Shown one piece after another: positions 28,738 to 38,568 of a stretch of DNA of 64,000 bases. Under the pieces are notes generated by a model. It saw only the letters and a list, made by a program, of their open reading frames with translations. It did no database searches and was not told where the DNA came from. Source of the DNA: Terriglobia bacterium. Its GTDB lineage: Bacteria > Acidobacteriota > Terriglobia > 20CM-2-55-15. The stretch spans positions 32,001 to 96,000 of the forward strand of contig CBDAOY010000004.1 in NCBI GenBank assembly GCA_965198225.1. Reading direction: 5' to 3'. How positions within the stretch are numbered: position 1 is the first letter of the stretch; every line of letters starts with the position of its first letter. Position numbers and translations under genes: made by a program.

Positions 28738-29877
28738 TCAGTTCTTCGGTGTCAGTTTGAGCATGCGCCCGCTTCTGTCGTCTGCGTCGTCCTCCAGAAC
28801 CCAGATGGCGCCTTCCGGCCCCTCGACAACGCTCCGAATTCGCGCACCCATGTCGTAGCGCTCGACCTCGCGGGCATGGTCGCCGTCGAGCTCGATGCGC
28901 ATGATCGCCTGGGACGAGAGGCCTGCGACGAACGCATCATCGCGCCAGTCGGAGAACAGATCGCCGCGATAAATCATCAAGTCACCGGGCGAGATGACGG
29001 GTGACCACCACACTCCCGGTTCTTCGAATTCCGGATGCGTGTCGTGGTCGGGTATCTCACGCCCGTCGTAATGGTTGCCGTTGGAGACGGTCGGATAGCC
29101 GTAATTCGCTGCACGCAGGATCCGGTTCAGCTCGTCACCGCCCCGCGGCCCCATTTCGATATCCCAGAGCTGACCGTCGAGACCGAATGCCAGCCCAAGC
29201 ACATTGCGGTGGCCCAGCGACCACACCTGCCCATAGACCCCTTCATCGTCGACCAGCGGATCCTCGTCGAAGTAGTTGACGAAAGGATTGTTGTCCGGAA
29301 CCGAACCGTCGTCGTGCAAGCGCAGGATCTTGCCCAAGTTCGCTTGCATGTCCTGGGCCGGCGTGAATTTCTGGCGGTCGCCAGACGAGATCCACAGATA
29401 ACCATCGTCGTCAAACAACAGCCTGTGCCCGTAGTGGCCGTAACCGACGACCTTGGGATACTGGCGCCAGATGACTTCGAAGTCGGATAGTCTTCCGCCG
29501 CGTCTGGTCTCGTTCAGCACCGCGCGGGCGACTGCTGCGCCCCGTGCATCGCCCACACCGGACTCGGCGTAGCTCAGGTAAATCATGTGGTTCTCGGCAA
29601 AATTCGGGTGCACAGCGACATCACCCAGACCGCCCTGACCGCCGTAAGCGACGTCCGGCATGCCGCGGATGCCCCGAGACTTCTCACCGTCCTGGGTGAC
29701 GATGAACAAGTTGCCCTTCTTTTCCGTCACCAACATGCGCCCGTCCGGCAGGAAGGCCAGGGCCCAGGGGTCGTCGAATGAGGTAATGGACTCGACCTCG
29801 AATGGCAGTTCCATTTGTGCTCGTGCCCCAGCCGCCATGAACATGCTCAACCCAATTACTAAGATTCGTCTAGCCAT
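28738..29877 (-). CDS. PQQ-dependent aldose sugar dehydrogenase (GSDH/YliI-like)
   Basis: PWALAFLPDG, GQGGLGD, GHRN, GPRGGDELN, NYG. Confidence 0.9.
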   Translation of the reverse strand: MARRILVIGLSMFMAAGARAQMELPFEVESITSFDDPWALAFLPDGRMLVTEKKGNLFIVTQDGEKSRGIRGMPDVAYGGQGGLGDVAVHPNFAENHMIYLSYAESGVGDARGAAVARAVLNETRRGGRLSDFEVIWRQYPKVVGYGHYGHRLLFDDDGYLWISSGDRQKFTPAQDMQANLGKILRLHDDGSVPDNNPFVNYFDEDPLVDDEGVYGQVWSLGHRNVLGLAFGLDGQLWDIEMGPRGGDELNRILRAANYGYPTVSNGNHYDGREIPDHDTHPEFEEPGVWWSPVISPGDLMIYRGDLFSDWRDDAFVAGLSSQAIMRIELDGDHAREVERYDMGARIRSVVEGPEGAIWVLEDDADDRSGRMLKLTPKN

Positions 29878-30151
29878 TTATTAGCCTCGTTTGTTACGCG
29901 TTTTGTCGATCGATATGTCGTTTAGATAGAGTTCATCACAGCTACGCAACGCCGGTGCTGTATTCGTTCAGTGTGTGCAAGTGGTGATGATGGCCGTTTA
30001 CTGACCGCTCAGGCCCTCGTTCCACGCCTTCTCTATCACTGGCCGAACGACTTTCGCAGATTCGAGCGACCCGTTTATGCTCAGGCCGGATGGAAGTGCA
30101 GCAAGTCGTTTCGGTAAAGCTCGACCCGAGGATTGCCTGCGGAATCGAACT

Positions 30152-30184
30152 GTAGTGTGCAAGCTTGGAACCGGGCTGAATCAC
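30152..30184 (-). pseudogene. 11-codon 5' stub of kinase paralog
   Basis: MIQPGSKLAHY then unrelated sequence; preceded by the conserved upstream element. Confidence 0.8.
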
Positions 30185-30316
30185 CCGTAAATAAAACTAC
30201 AGACTGGAGTTGAACGCAATCAATCAGTCACATGGCTGTAGTACGCCTAGCCTGACATCTGAATTGACCCGCATTCATGGGGTTTTGGTGAAAATCCAAC
30301 TTACCGCGATGGCGAC
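30185..30316 (-). promoter_or_regulatory. Conserved kinase-upstream element, copy B
   Basis: Shares CGCCTAGCCTGACATCTGAATTGA and GTGAAAATCCAACTTACCGCGATGGCGAC with copy A. Confidence 0.75.
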
Positions 30317-30383
30317 TTTACAGTCAAGTGGATCGAAACAGAGTGGCGTATCGACAGGCTGTTGGAACCTCGAACAGCCGGAT

Positions 30384-32339
30384 TCATGGTACCGGCACCA
30401 ATTGCTTCAGTTCTTCAAACCAGTTCAGGACGACGTTGACTTGGGGCGGTGCAGATTCCGTGGTTTCGGTTTGGTCCGCAGGTATGACGACCACGAATCG
30501 TTCCCCGTCGGGCATGATGTCATAGCCTCGGAAGGTGCCGAATACCCCCTCAGCAGGAAGCGCCTGTTCATTTGTGAATGTGAAGCCACGGTCGGTTGCG
30601 ATGTCCACGCTAAAGAGTGTCGCACCTGTGTTGCCCCCAAACGTAAAGGCGCGGCGGTAGAACATTTCCGTTCCGTCACGGGACCACATAGGGAACGCTG
30701 ATGCCACTCGCGTGACCTGAATCCTCGGAAGGCCCGCTTGTGACAACGACTTAACGTAAATCTGATTGGCACCTGATTCCTGAGAAGAGTAGGCCAGCCA
30801 TTCCCCGTCCGGTGAAAACACAGGATCAGATTGGATAGACCCCGGTACGTCATAGAATAGCTCCGGCGTAGACCCCGTCTCCGAGGACACCGTCCATATG
30901 CTCCTACCTCGAACTTGCCCACTACTCGTAAAGGCAAGAGTTTGCCCATTCGGTGACCAGGAACTGGGCCAGACTCCGCTTACGTCCTCCACCGTTAGAA
31001 GTTTCTCGGCGGCTCCGCTCAAGTCTGCGGGTTGTGAGTAAATACCCAGCGTTCCTCCGATGTCTGAAGAGAAAGTGACACGTTCACTATCGGGCGTCCA
31101 GACAGGTCGCTGGTTGCTACCGTCCTGCGTCAACCGCTGGATCTGCGTGTCGCCCGCCAGGTCGTAGACCCATATTTGGTTTGTTCCGTCGTCTTCCTGC
31201 GTCTGGACCGCAAGCCGCGAGCCATCCGGCGAGATACGCGGACTGAAATACTGGGCGGGCGGTACGCTGAGGGGTTCCACGTCGCCGTTACGGTGTGCCA
31301 ATCCGAGAATGCGGCTGACGGCAGGGGTGTCATCAGCCGTGAACACCAGGATGCCGTCTTCTGAAATATCAAAGTTCGCGGCTCCCGTCCTCTTCGCCGC
31401 CACGCTCTGCTGAGCGGGCATTGGATCTGAAGTGACCTCGAGACTCTCTGCATCGAAACCGACTGCCCACAGATCATTGCCGATCACGTAGACGACGTGC
31501 CCGCTGTTGGCATAGCGTGGATTACTGCCGACGGGTGCGACCTCAGACTCAACTCCCGACGCGAAGTCGAGCACGCGTATCTCGGAGGTCTCACCGGAGC
31601 CTTGCCTCGCAGTGAAAAGAACTCCCCGACCATTCGGCAGAAACTCGGGCCACCAGTGGGTCATGCTCCCCTCTGGTTCCGTGAGTGGTCTTGGTTCACC
31701 CCCGGCCTCAGACACTTGCATTAGCCCACCGCCGCCCGTGGCGTATACGATCGTTCCATCCGGACCCCAGCTCGCACCGCGCAGAACTCCACCAAGATCA
31801 ACGATCGTTGACGAAGGCCCGCCCTGGATGGACACCCAGCGAAGCGTATTGTCGCTGTTGACGCCGAACCCCACGCGTGATCCGTCGGGTGAAAAGAACG
31901 GATTCGTTGTCTCTCTCAGATCGAGAAGTTGAGAACTATTGAGCAGGTCCAGACGCCGCATGTACAAGAGGCGACTCCCGTCGTCGTCGTTCAACGTGTA
32001 CACGATTCGATTACCGTCTGGAGAAATCGCCACGTCAGAGCGATTCGGTGTAGTTTCCAATGGAAACTCGGCAGGCGATGTGAAGCTGAACCGGACGACG
32101 CTCCCAGGAATGGTCGGCTTGAGAATCCATGCAGCGCCCCCGGCGATAAACAGCCCCAGAACGAAGGTCGCTACCCAAGGCAGTCTGGTTTGCCTTGTGT
32201 CCTGCACCACCTCGGCAACCTCATCAACGGGCTGTACAATCAAACCATCGGGTTCAGCCAATGCCTGTTCGATCTCGACACGAACGTCGCCGATATCTCT
32301 GAATCGCCGCATCGGGTCTTTTTCAAGGCATCGCCGCAC
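30384..32339 (-). pseudogene. Ser/Thr kinase paralog lacking kinase domain (TM + TolB-like beta-propeller remain)
   Basis: Starts at RRCLEKDP..RDIGDVR (end of kinase fold); SPDG repeats; abuts truncated integrase. Confidence 0.85.
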
Positions 32340-33013
32340 TCCGGTTCTTCTACGTGAAGGTGCTTCGCCGTCCCTATCACCAGGTCGATCTGGTCTATCC
32401 GAAACAGCCGTCCCGGTTGCCCACGATTCTGAGCGAAGAGGAAGTGGCGCAACTGCTGGCCTCCGCCAACAGTGCCTATCACTTCGTCATCCTGATGACC
32501 TTGTATTCGACGGGACTGCGGCGGGCCGAGCTGTGTCGTCTGAAGGTCGAGGACGTCGATAGCGAACGCATGGTGATCCATGTGAGGCAGGGTAAAGGCA
32601 ATCGCGACCGCGACGTGCCGCTGTCACCGAAACTGCTGGAAGTCCTGCGCGACTACTGGCGTTGGCGGAAACCCGGCGAGTACCTCTTCCCCAGTTTGCT
32701 CCGGACCCGGCCCGGACAGCCCATCGATGTGAAGACGGTTTGGTACGCCGTCCAACAAGCCGCCCAACGTGCCGGCATCAAAAAGAAAGTATCCCCACAT
32801 ACGCTGCGCCACAGCTGGGCCACCCACCTGCTGGAGAGGGGAACCGACCTGCGAACCATCCAGCTCCTGTTGGGTCATGTCGATCTGGAAGCGACGACCC
32901 TCTATCTCCATTTGTCTCAGGCGCACATGCAGCGCGTGGTGAACCCGATCGATTCTCTTCCGGTTCCCGATCTGGGACCGTCTCCCCGTCTGAGAAAGAA
33001 GAAAGGCGAATGA
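32336..33013 (+). pseudogene. Tyrosine recombinase, N-terminally truncated
   Basis: ALRFFYVK.. begins mid-domain; TGLRRAE, GKGNRDR, HTLRHSWATH, LLGH, TTLY. Confidence 0.88.
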
Positions 33014-33043
33014 GCCGGCCCGCCGTCGAGGTGGCCGAGGCGA

Positions 33044-34207
33044 ATGAGCCGGCCCGCCGTCGAGGTCATCGTCCGCGCCCGGGTTCGAGGTTTCCTCCAG
33101 CGTCACCGCCTCGGCATCCAGAAGCTCAAGGTCCTGCGCGCCATCCTGAACTGTCGTACTGCGGCTCTGGGTGGCCACATCGACCGGTGTGCCGATTGTG
33201 GCCGGGAGTCCGGAATCTCGTTCAACTCCTGCCGCAACCGCCACTGCCCGAAGTGTCAGACCCAGGCCCGACGACGGTGGCTCGAAGCACGAGAAGCCGA
33301 ACTGCTGCCCACCCCCTACTTCCACGTCGTGTTCACCGTCCCGCACCAGTTCCATCCGTTCTTCTTCCACAACCCTGCCCTACTCTACAGCCTGCTGTTT
33401 CGCAGCGTGGCCGACACGATGATCGAGGTGGCGGCCAATCCGAAACGACTCGGCGCCCGGATCGGCTTCTTCGGCATCCTGCATACCTGGAGTCAGAACC
33501 TGGAGTTCCATCCCCACATCCACTGCGTGGTACCGGCCGGCGGACTGGCTCCGGATCAGTCCCGTTGGATTCCGGGTTCTGGGCGCTTCTTCCTCCCCAA
33601 GCAGGTGCTCGCCCGAGTCTTCCGTGGCAAGTTCATCGACGGGCTCGGGCGAGCGATCGCCGACGGTTCGCTCGAACTGTCCGGCTCGATTCGACCCTTC
33701 GGCGAACCGCAACACTTTCGGCGGTTCCGCCGCCAGATCCATTCCCGCAACTGGGTCGTCTATATCAAACGACCCTTTGGTGGCCCCGAACAGGTGCTCC
33801 GCTACCTGGGCCGCTACACCCATCGGGTCGCCATCTCCAACCATCGATTGATCTCGTTTGACGGTAACCGGGTCCGGTTCCGTTGGCGGGATTACCGCAA
33901 TGGCAACAAGAGTCGCATCATGACACTCGCGGCCGACGAGTTCATCCGACGGTTCTTATTGCACGTTCTGCCGAAGGGCTTCGTCCGCATCCGACACTTC
34001 GGATTCATGGCCAACTACCGCCGGTCGGCCGCCTTCGCTCTCTGTCGCCAACTCCTCGATGCCATGCCGAGGGTCGAATCTGACGAAACCACCACCTCGA
34101 ACTCTTCCTGGTCGTGTCCGCACTGTCAGGGACCGATGACTCTCATCCAACGCTTCACCGCTCTGCAACTCGTAGCGAGGCTCGCCTTCCAATGCGATAC
34201 GTCCTAA
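33044..34207 (+). CDS. IS91-family rolling-circle transposase
   Basis: CRTAALGGH, NSCRNRHCPKC Zn motif, HPHIH HUH motif, YLGRYTHR Y2 motif. Confidence 0.93.
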   Translation: MSRPAVEVIVRARVRGFLQRHRLGIQKLKVLRAILNCRTAALGGHIDRCADCGRESGISFNSCRNRHCPKCQTQARRRWLEAREAELLPTPYFHVVFTVPHQFHPFFFHNPALLYSLLFRSVADTMIEVAANPKRLGARIGFFGILHTWSQNLEFHPHIHCVVPAGGLAPDQSRWIPGSGRFFLPKQVLARVFRGKFIDGLGRAIADGSLELSGSIRPFGEPQHFRRFRRQIHSRNWVVYIKRPFGGPEQVLRYLGRYTHRVAISNHRLISFDGNRVRFRWRDYRNGNKSRIMTLAADEFIRRFLLHVLPKGFVRIRHFGFMANYRRSAAFALCRQLLDAMPRVESDETTTSNSSWSCPHCQGPMTLIQRFTALQLVARLAFQCDTS

Positions 34208-34655
34208 TCCTCCTTCACAAACCGACGACCGACGTGCGGTTCAGCCACGTCCTCGCCGGAGTGTGCCTCCGCTGCAAAATCCCCTCAGATCCCGTCCTTT
34301 CAACCCACCGATTCCCCGACCCAACTGCTTTCCGATTCACACCATCGACGCGGTCATCGACCGCCGGTCCCCCTCCTCGCCCCAACGCCACTCCAGATCC
34401 GGCCCGCTTCCGGCTACTTTCTCCATAGCCCACCGCGTCCGCCGCATTCGGCCAGCGCCCTCCTTCAAGTCTTGTTATCGAAACTGCCGCGGTGGGAACT
34501 TCTCGCTCATCCTGTGGCCGCGCTCGCCGCGGCACTTCCGATGAACGCTAACGACTATACGTCCGAGTGGATTTGAAACAAGGCGGCGAATCGGAGAGTC
34601 CGAGTGAAGGTACCGGGCAACTCTACTCGGCCATAAGCGCCTATGATTGTGAGTC

Positions 34656-35231
34656 ATGCTAAGTCTTAGATCAATTTCGCCGGCTCGCTGGCTCGAGCAA
34701 GTTCAAACACATTTCGATGAAGTGCTGATCGATCACGCTCACTGCGAGAAGAAAGCCGCAGGCAATGCGATGAAGCTGATCTTTGCCTACGTCGACAATG
34801 AAGAACTGTGTCGCGAGATGACGGTAATCGTTGCCGAAGAGCTCGAGCATTTTCACATGGTGCTGGAGCATCTCAAGCAACGAGGAATCCCTTTTTGTCG
34901 CAACAAGCCGACTCAGTACGGGCGGAAGCTGCACGATCTTGTTCGCAAGTCTGAACCCGACCGCGCAATCGATCGGTTGCTCGTCGCAGCCCTAATCGAA
35001 GCACGATCGTGTGAACGCTTCGGCCTGTTGCGTGAGAACCTCAAGGATAAAGGGCTGGCCGATTTCTACGACAGCCTCTTTGAATCCGAAGCCCGCCACC
35101 ACACCACTTTTTTGCGGCTCGCCAGGATGTACGGTAGCGAAGACACGGTTCTACAACGACTTGATGTTCTAGCCATTGAAGAGGCTAAGATCATCGAAGC
35201 CGGCGACGATTTGCCTCGGATGCACAGCTAG
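34656..35231 (+). CDS. miaE: tRNA-(ms2io6A37) hydroxylase
   Basis: DHAHCEKKAA, EELEHF, LIEARSCERF, SEARH di-iron motifs. Confidence 0.92.
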   Translation: MLSLRSISPARWLEQVQTHFDEVLIDHAHCEKKAAGNAMKLIFAYVDNEELCREMTVIVAEELEHFHMVLEHLKQRGIPFCRNKPTQYGRKLHDLVRKSEPDRAIDRLLVAALIEARSCERFGLLRENLKDKGLADFYDSLFESEARHHTTFLRLARMYGSEDTVLQRLDVLAIEEAKIIEAGDDLPRMHS

Positions 35232-35568
35232 CGAATTCAATCCAGGCTGCAGGGCAAGAGACACCGGATGGTGGGGTTCGGTGACGTCGAATCCGTGAGA
35301 GCAGGAGTTCCGTTGACGACCCGCTCGGTTGTTGCGGAGGGTGCGATGCAAATCTTAGCCGGAGTCCCCATTTCCGTGTCGTCGGCCGTACCTGCATATG
35401 GTTTCACCCAATCAGGAAGCCACTTGGTTGTATTACCGCATACACGGAAACCTGGGACCCGCCTGAAACGGGGCTTTCCCGACGAGATCCACGTTTCCGT
35501 GTAGGCGACTTTTCGGGATATGATCCATCGCTTCCAGCAGCCTCCCTACGATAGAATGCGACCGAGCG

Positions 35569-38248
35569 TCAGGGTTCAACGACGGTCTCTCGGAGAGGCT
35601 GCGACCAGTTGGTGACGACACGCAGTCTCGATCGGATTTCCGGTTCAGCACGCTTCACCACGTAGAGTTCCTGTCCGTCTGCAGAAACGGCGTATGAGAC
35701 GCCTGGAGTATCTATGAAATCCGTTTCGAAAACGGGAACCGGTGGCCGAAAGGTGAACTCTGGGTCGGTTGTGATCGCGCTCGCAAACCATCGGTTTCCA
35801 TCCCGATAGAACAATTCGCCGCATGCGCACCAGCGAGTCTCGATGCCGCGGTCTGAGATCAGCCACTTGTCTAACCCGTTGGGGTACGAGGCAACCCAGA
35901 TCTCCTCACTCGGCGAGGTATAAGCGAACCAACCTCCGTCGGGCGAAAAGCCGAAGGGAAAGCCCTCGATGTTAGTCAGGACGGGATCCTCACCCGCGGA
36001 CGCGAAGGCGATGAGATTCGGAGAAGTTGCTCGCTCAACGGCAATCACCTCGCCGTTCGGATGCCAGGAACCGTACAACCAGCCTTCACCGAGGAATTCG
36101 TCGAACCGATCATCCTGACCCGCGTTACCAACGAGCATCCGACTGGGCGCCAGCACGGAAACCAACATCCGCAGACCATCTGGGTGCCAGATGGGATAAC
36201 CTTGGCTCTCGTCTGCAGAAAGCCGACGTCCGTTGCCCTCCTCGATGTCATGAATCAAGACATAGTCCGTGATATCTCCGACGTGAACTGCCAACCGGTT
36301 CCCGTCTGGAGACAGGTCCAGCACGCCGTAGGTTCGGGGAGTGGCTCCTTCCAGAAACTCTTCGACGCCGGTTTCACGATCCACTTTGGCTAGCCGGCCG
36401 ATCGTGCGGTCGCCACCAACGGCATGAACCAGCACACCGTTCCCGGATGCAGCCGCATGGACCTGGCCAAACAGCGATTCCATACTCACACCTGACGCCA
36501 CGCGAACTTGATCTCCAAGGACTTCGACGCGATTCGCATCGAAAGGAACGGCCATGAGACTACCGCCACGCGCGAAGAGCAAGGTGTCCGGGTGCGATGT
36601 AGCGCGCACCGTAGGCATTGGGGATCAGAGGTTCCCAGGCCATAGTGTCCGGATCGATGATAACGACTTCGGCGTAGTCGCCACTGACGCTTCGCGTCCA
36701 TCTGGTCGCCAGCACAGCTCGGCCCCCGGGAAGAACCTCGCTGTATCTCGCCATCGCCTGTGTGTCCAATAGCTCGGTTACCCTTTGTCCGATAACGGGG
36801 CTTTGCCGCCCGACACTTTCTGCCGGGACACGTGACAGCAATAAACCCTGGTTGTGCGAGAAGTAGATGATGTCACTTTGGTCCCACCACGCCTGGACCA
36901 ACCCACCGGCGTCCGCCAAAACCTCAACATCGCGGACATCGATGGAGGCCTTCTTGACCTGACGATCGGTCAGGAATCCAACCCACCGGCTGTCGGGAGA
37001 AAAGAACGCGTGGATCGCGTCCTCGCTTCCCTCCACCGGCGCGATATCACCCGTTGCCATCTCGCGAAGATAGACCATCGTGCCCGACGGAAATTGACCA
37101 ACGTAGGCCAGCCAGGCTCCATCGGGAGATACTGCGACCGCGGGGCTATCAAAACCGTGGAGGGGTACAGTCGTTCCGAGCGCAAGAGGAGCTTCGTCTG
37201 GAAGATCGACCACTGTGACCGTTTTGGGCGCGACCGTCATGTTCTCGATCACGGACAGGGAGCTTCGCCCGGCAAGCCAGCCGAAGGAAGCGCCCATACC
37301 GAGCAGAAAGGCAACGATCAGACCAGCGACGGTTCGCGATGGAGCCCATGCAACACGCTCGGCCCCTCTCCCCCCGGATTCATCCAATGCCGGCTCATCG
37401 AGCGCAGCTTCGATCTCCAGTCGCACATCGGCCACATCGTGCAGACGATGACGCCGATCTTTCCTCAGGCAACGGCGAAGGACGCGCCCGAGAGCGCCCG
37501 GAGTTTCGAGCGGCAGTTCGTTGAACTCGGGCTCCTGCGTCAAGATGTAAGCCAGAACGTCGGAAACTTCCGCTCCGTCGAAGGCCTTCCGCCCAGTCAG
37601 CATTTCGAAGAGGACGCATCCAAAGGCCCATACATCGGTCCGTCTATCGACTTCATGCCCACGGGCCTGTTCTGGGGACATGTACGCGGCAGTTCCCAAG
37701 ATGATTCCTGCCCGGGTCGCCTCCATACTCAGAGTAGGCGAACTCGACACGTTCACGTCTGGTTGATCGCCAGCTAAGACCTTCGCCAGCCCGAAATCCA
37801 GGACCTTGACTCGACCTTCAGGTGTGACTTTGATGTTCGCGGGCTTCAGATCCCGGTGAATCACGCCCTTTTCGTGGGCAGCTTCGAGGGCTTCAGCGAT
37901 CTGGAGAGCCATCTCCAGGGATTCGTCCACCTGTATCACGCCCTGCGCGATACGATCGGCGAGCGTATAGCCCTCGACTAGTTCTAGTACGAGGAAACGT
38001 GATCCTTCGTGTTCTTCCAGGCCGTAGATCGCGGCGATGTTGGGATGGTTCAGCGATGCCAGGAGTTTCGCTTCGCGCTCGAACCGGGCCACGCGGTCCG
38101 TGTCTTCGGCGAATGCGCCCGGCAACGTTTTGATGGCTACCTCGCGCCCCAGCGTGGTGTCGCGGGCACGCCAGACCTCGCCCATGCCGCCCTTTCCCAA
38201 GGCGGAAACGATTTCGTAGTGAGCGACCTTTGTGCCGGGCTGAATCAC
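35569..38248 (-). pseudogene. Receptor-like Ser/Thr kinase (kinase-TM-beta-propeller) split by +1 frameshift at ~36581 (possibly a sequencing error)
   Basis: GKGGMG, VAIK, HRDLKPAN, DFG, GTAAYMSPEQ; removing one base restores GHLLFARGG. Confidence 0.85.
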
Positions 38249-38371
38249 CGCTACATAAGACTACAGGAAGGAGTTGTGGTCAATTATAAGGTCACATGCT
38301 TGGATAACCGCATATCCGGTAACTGGAGAGGCCCGTGTTCAGGGGATCGCCGCGAAAAATCCACCTTACCG
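38249..38371 (-). promoter_or_regulatory. Conserved kinase-upstream element, copy C
   Basis: ATAAGACTACAGGAAGGAGTTG..GTCAAT..GGTCACAT..AAAATCCA.CTTACCG. Confidence 0.7.
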
Positions 38372-38568
38372 GCACGCGTAGCCTCCAAAGTGTAGAAGGC
38401 CCGTAGAACGACTCTCTTCGACAGAATCCACTTTTGGGGTAATGGCAACTGCTGGCAGCCACCCAACACATGATCCACTTTCACCAACTGATTGAAGTGA
38501 TCGCGATGATGAATCGCTTCCTTGATCAACAGATCGGGCTCAGAGAGGCGGACCTGCCTGTTGTCCGA

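Larger units (their letters stand above)
32336..34555 (+). mobile_element. Tyrosine recombinase + IS91-family transposase element, left part deleted
   Basis: Two-gene layout; downstream hairpin ATCGAAACTGCCGCGG...CCGCGGCACTTCCGAT (34477-34542) as likely ori end; right boundary approximate. Confidence 0.8.
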
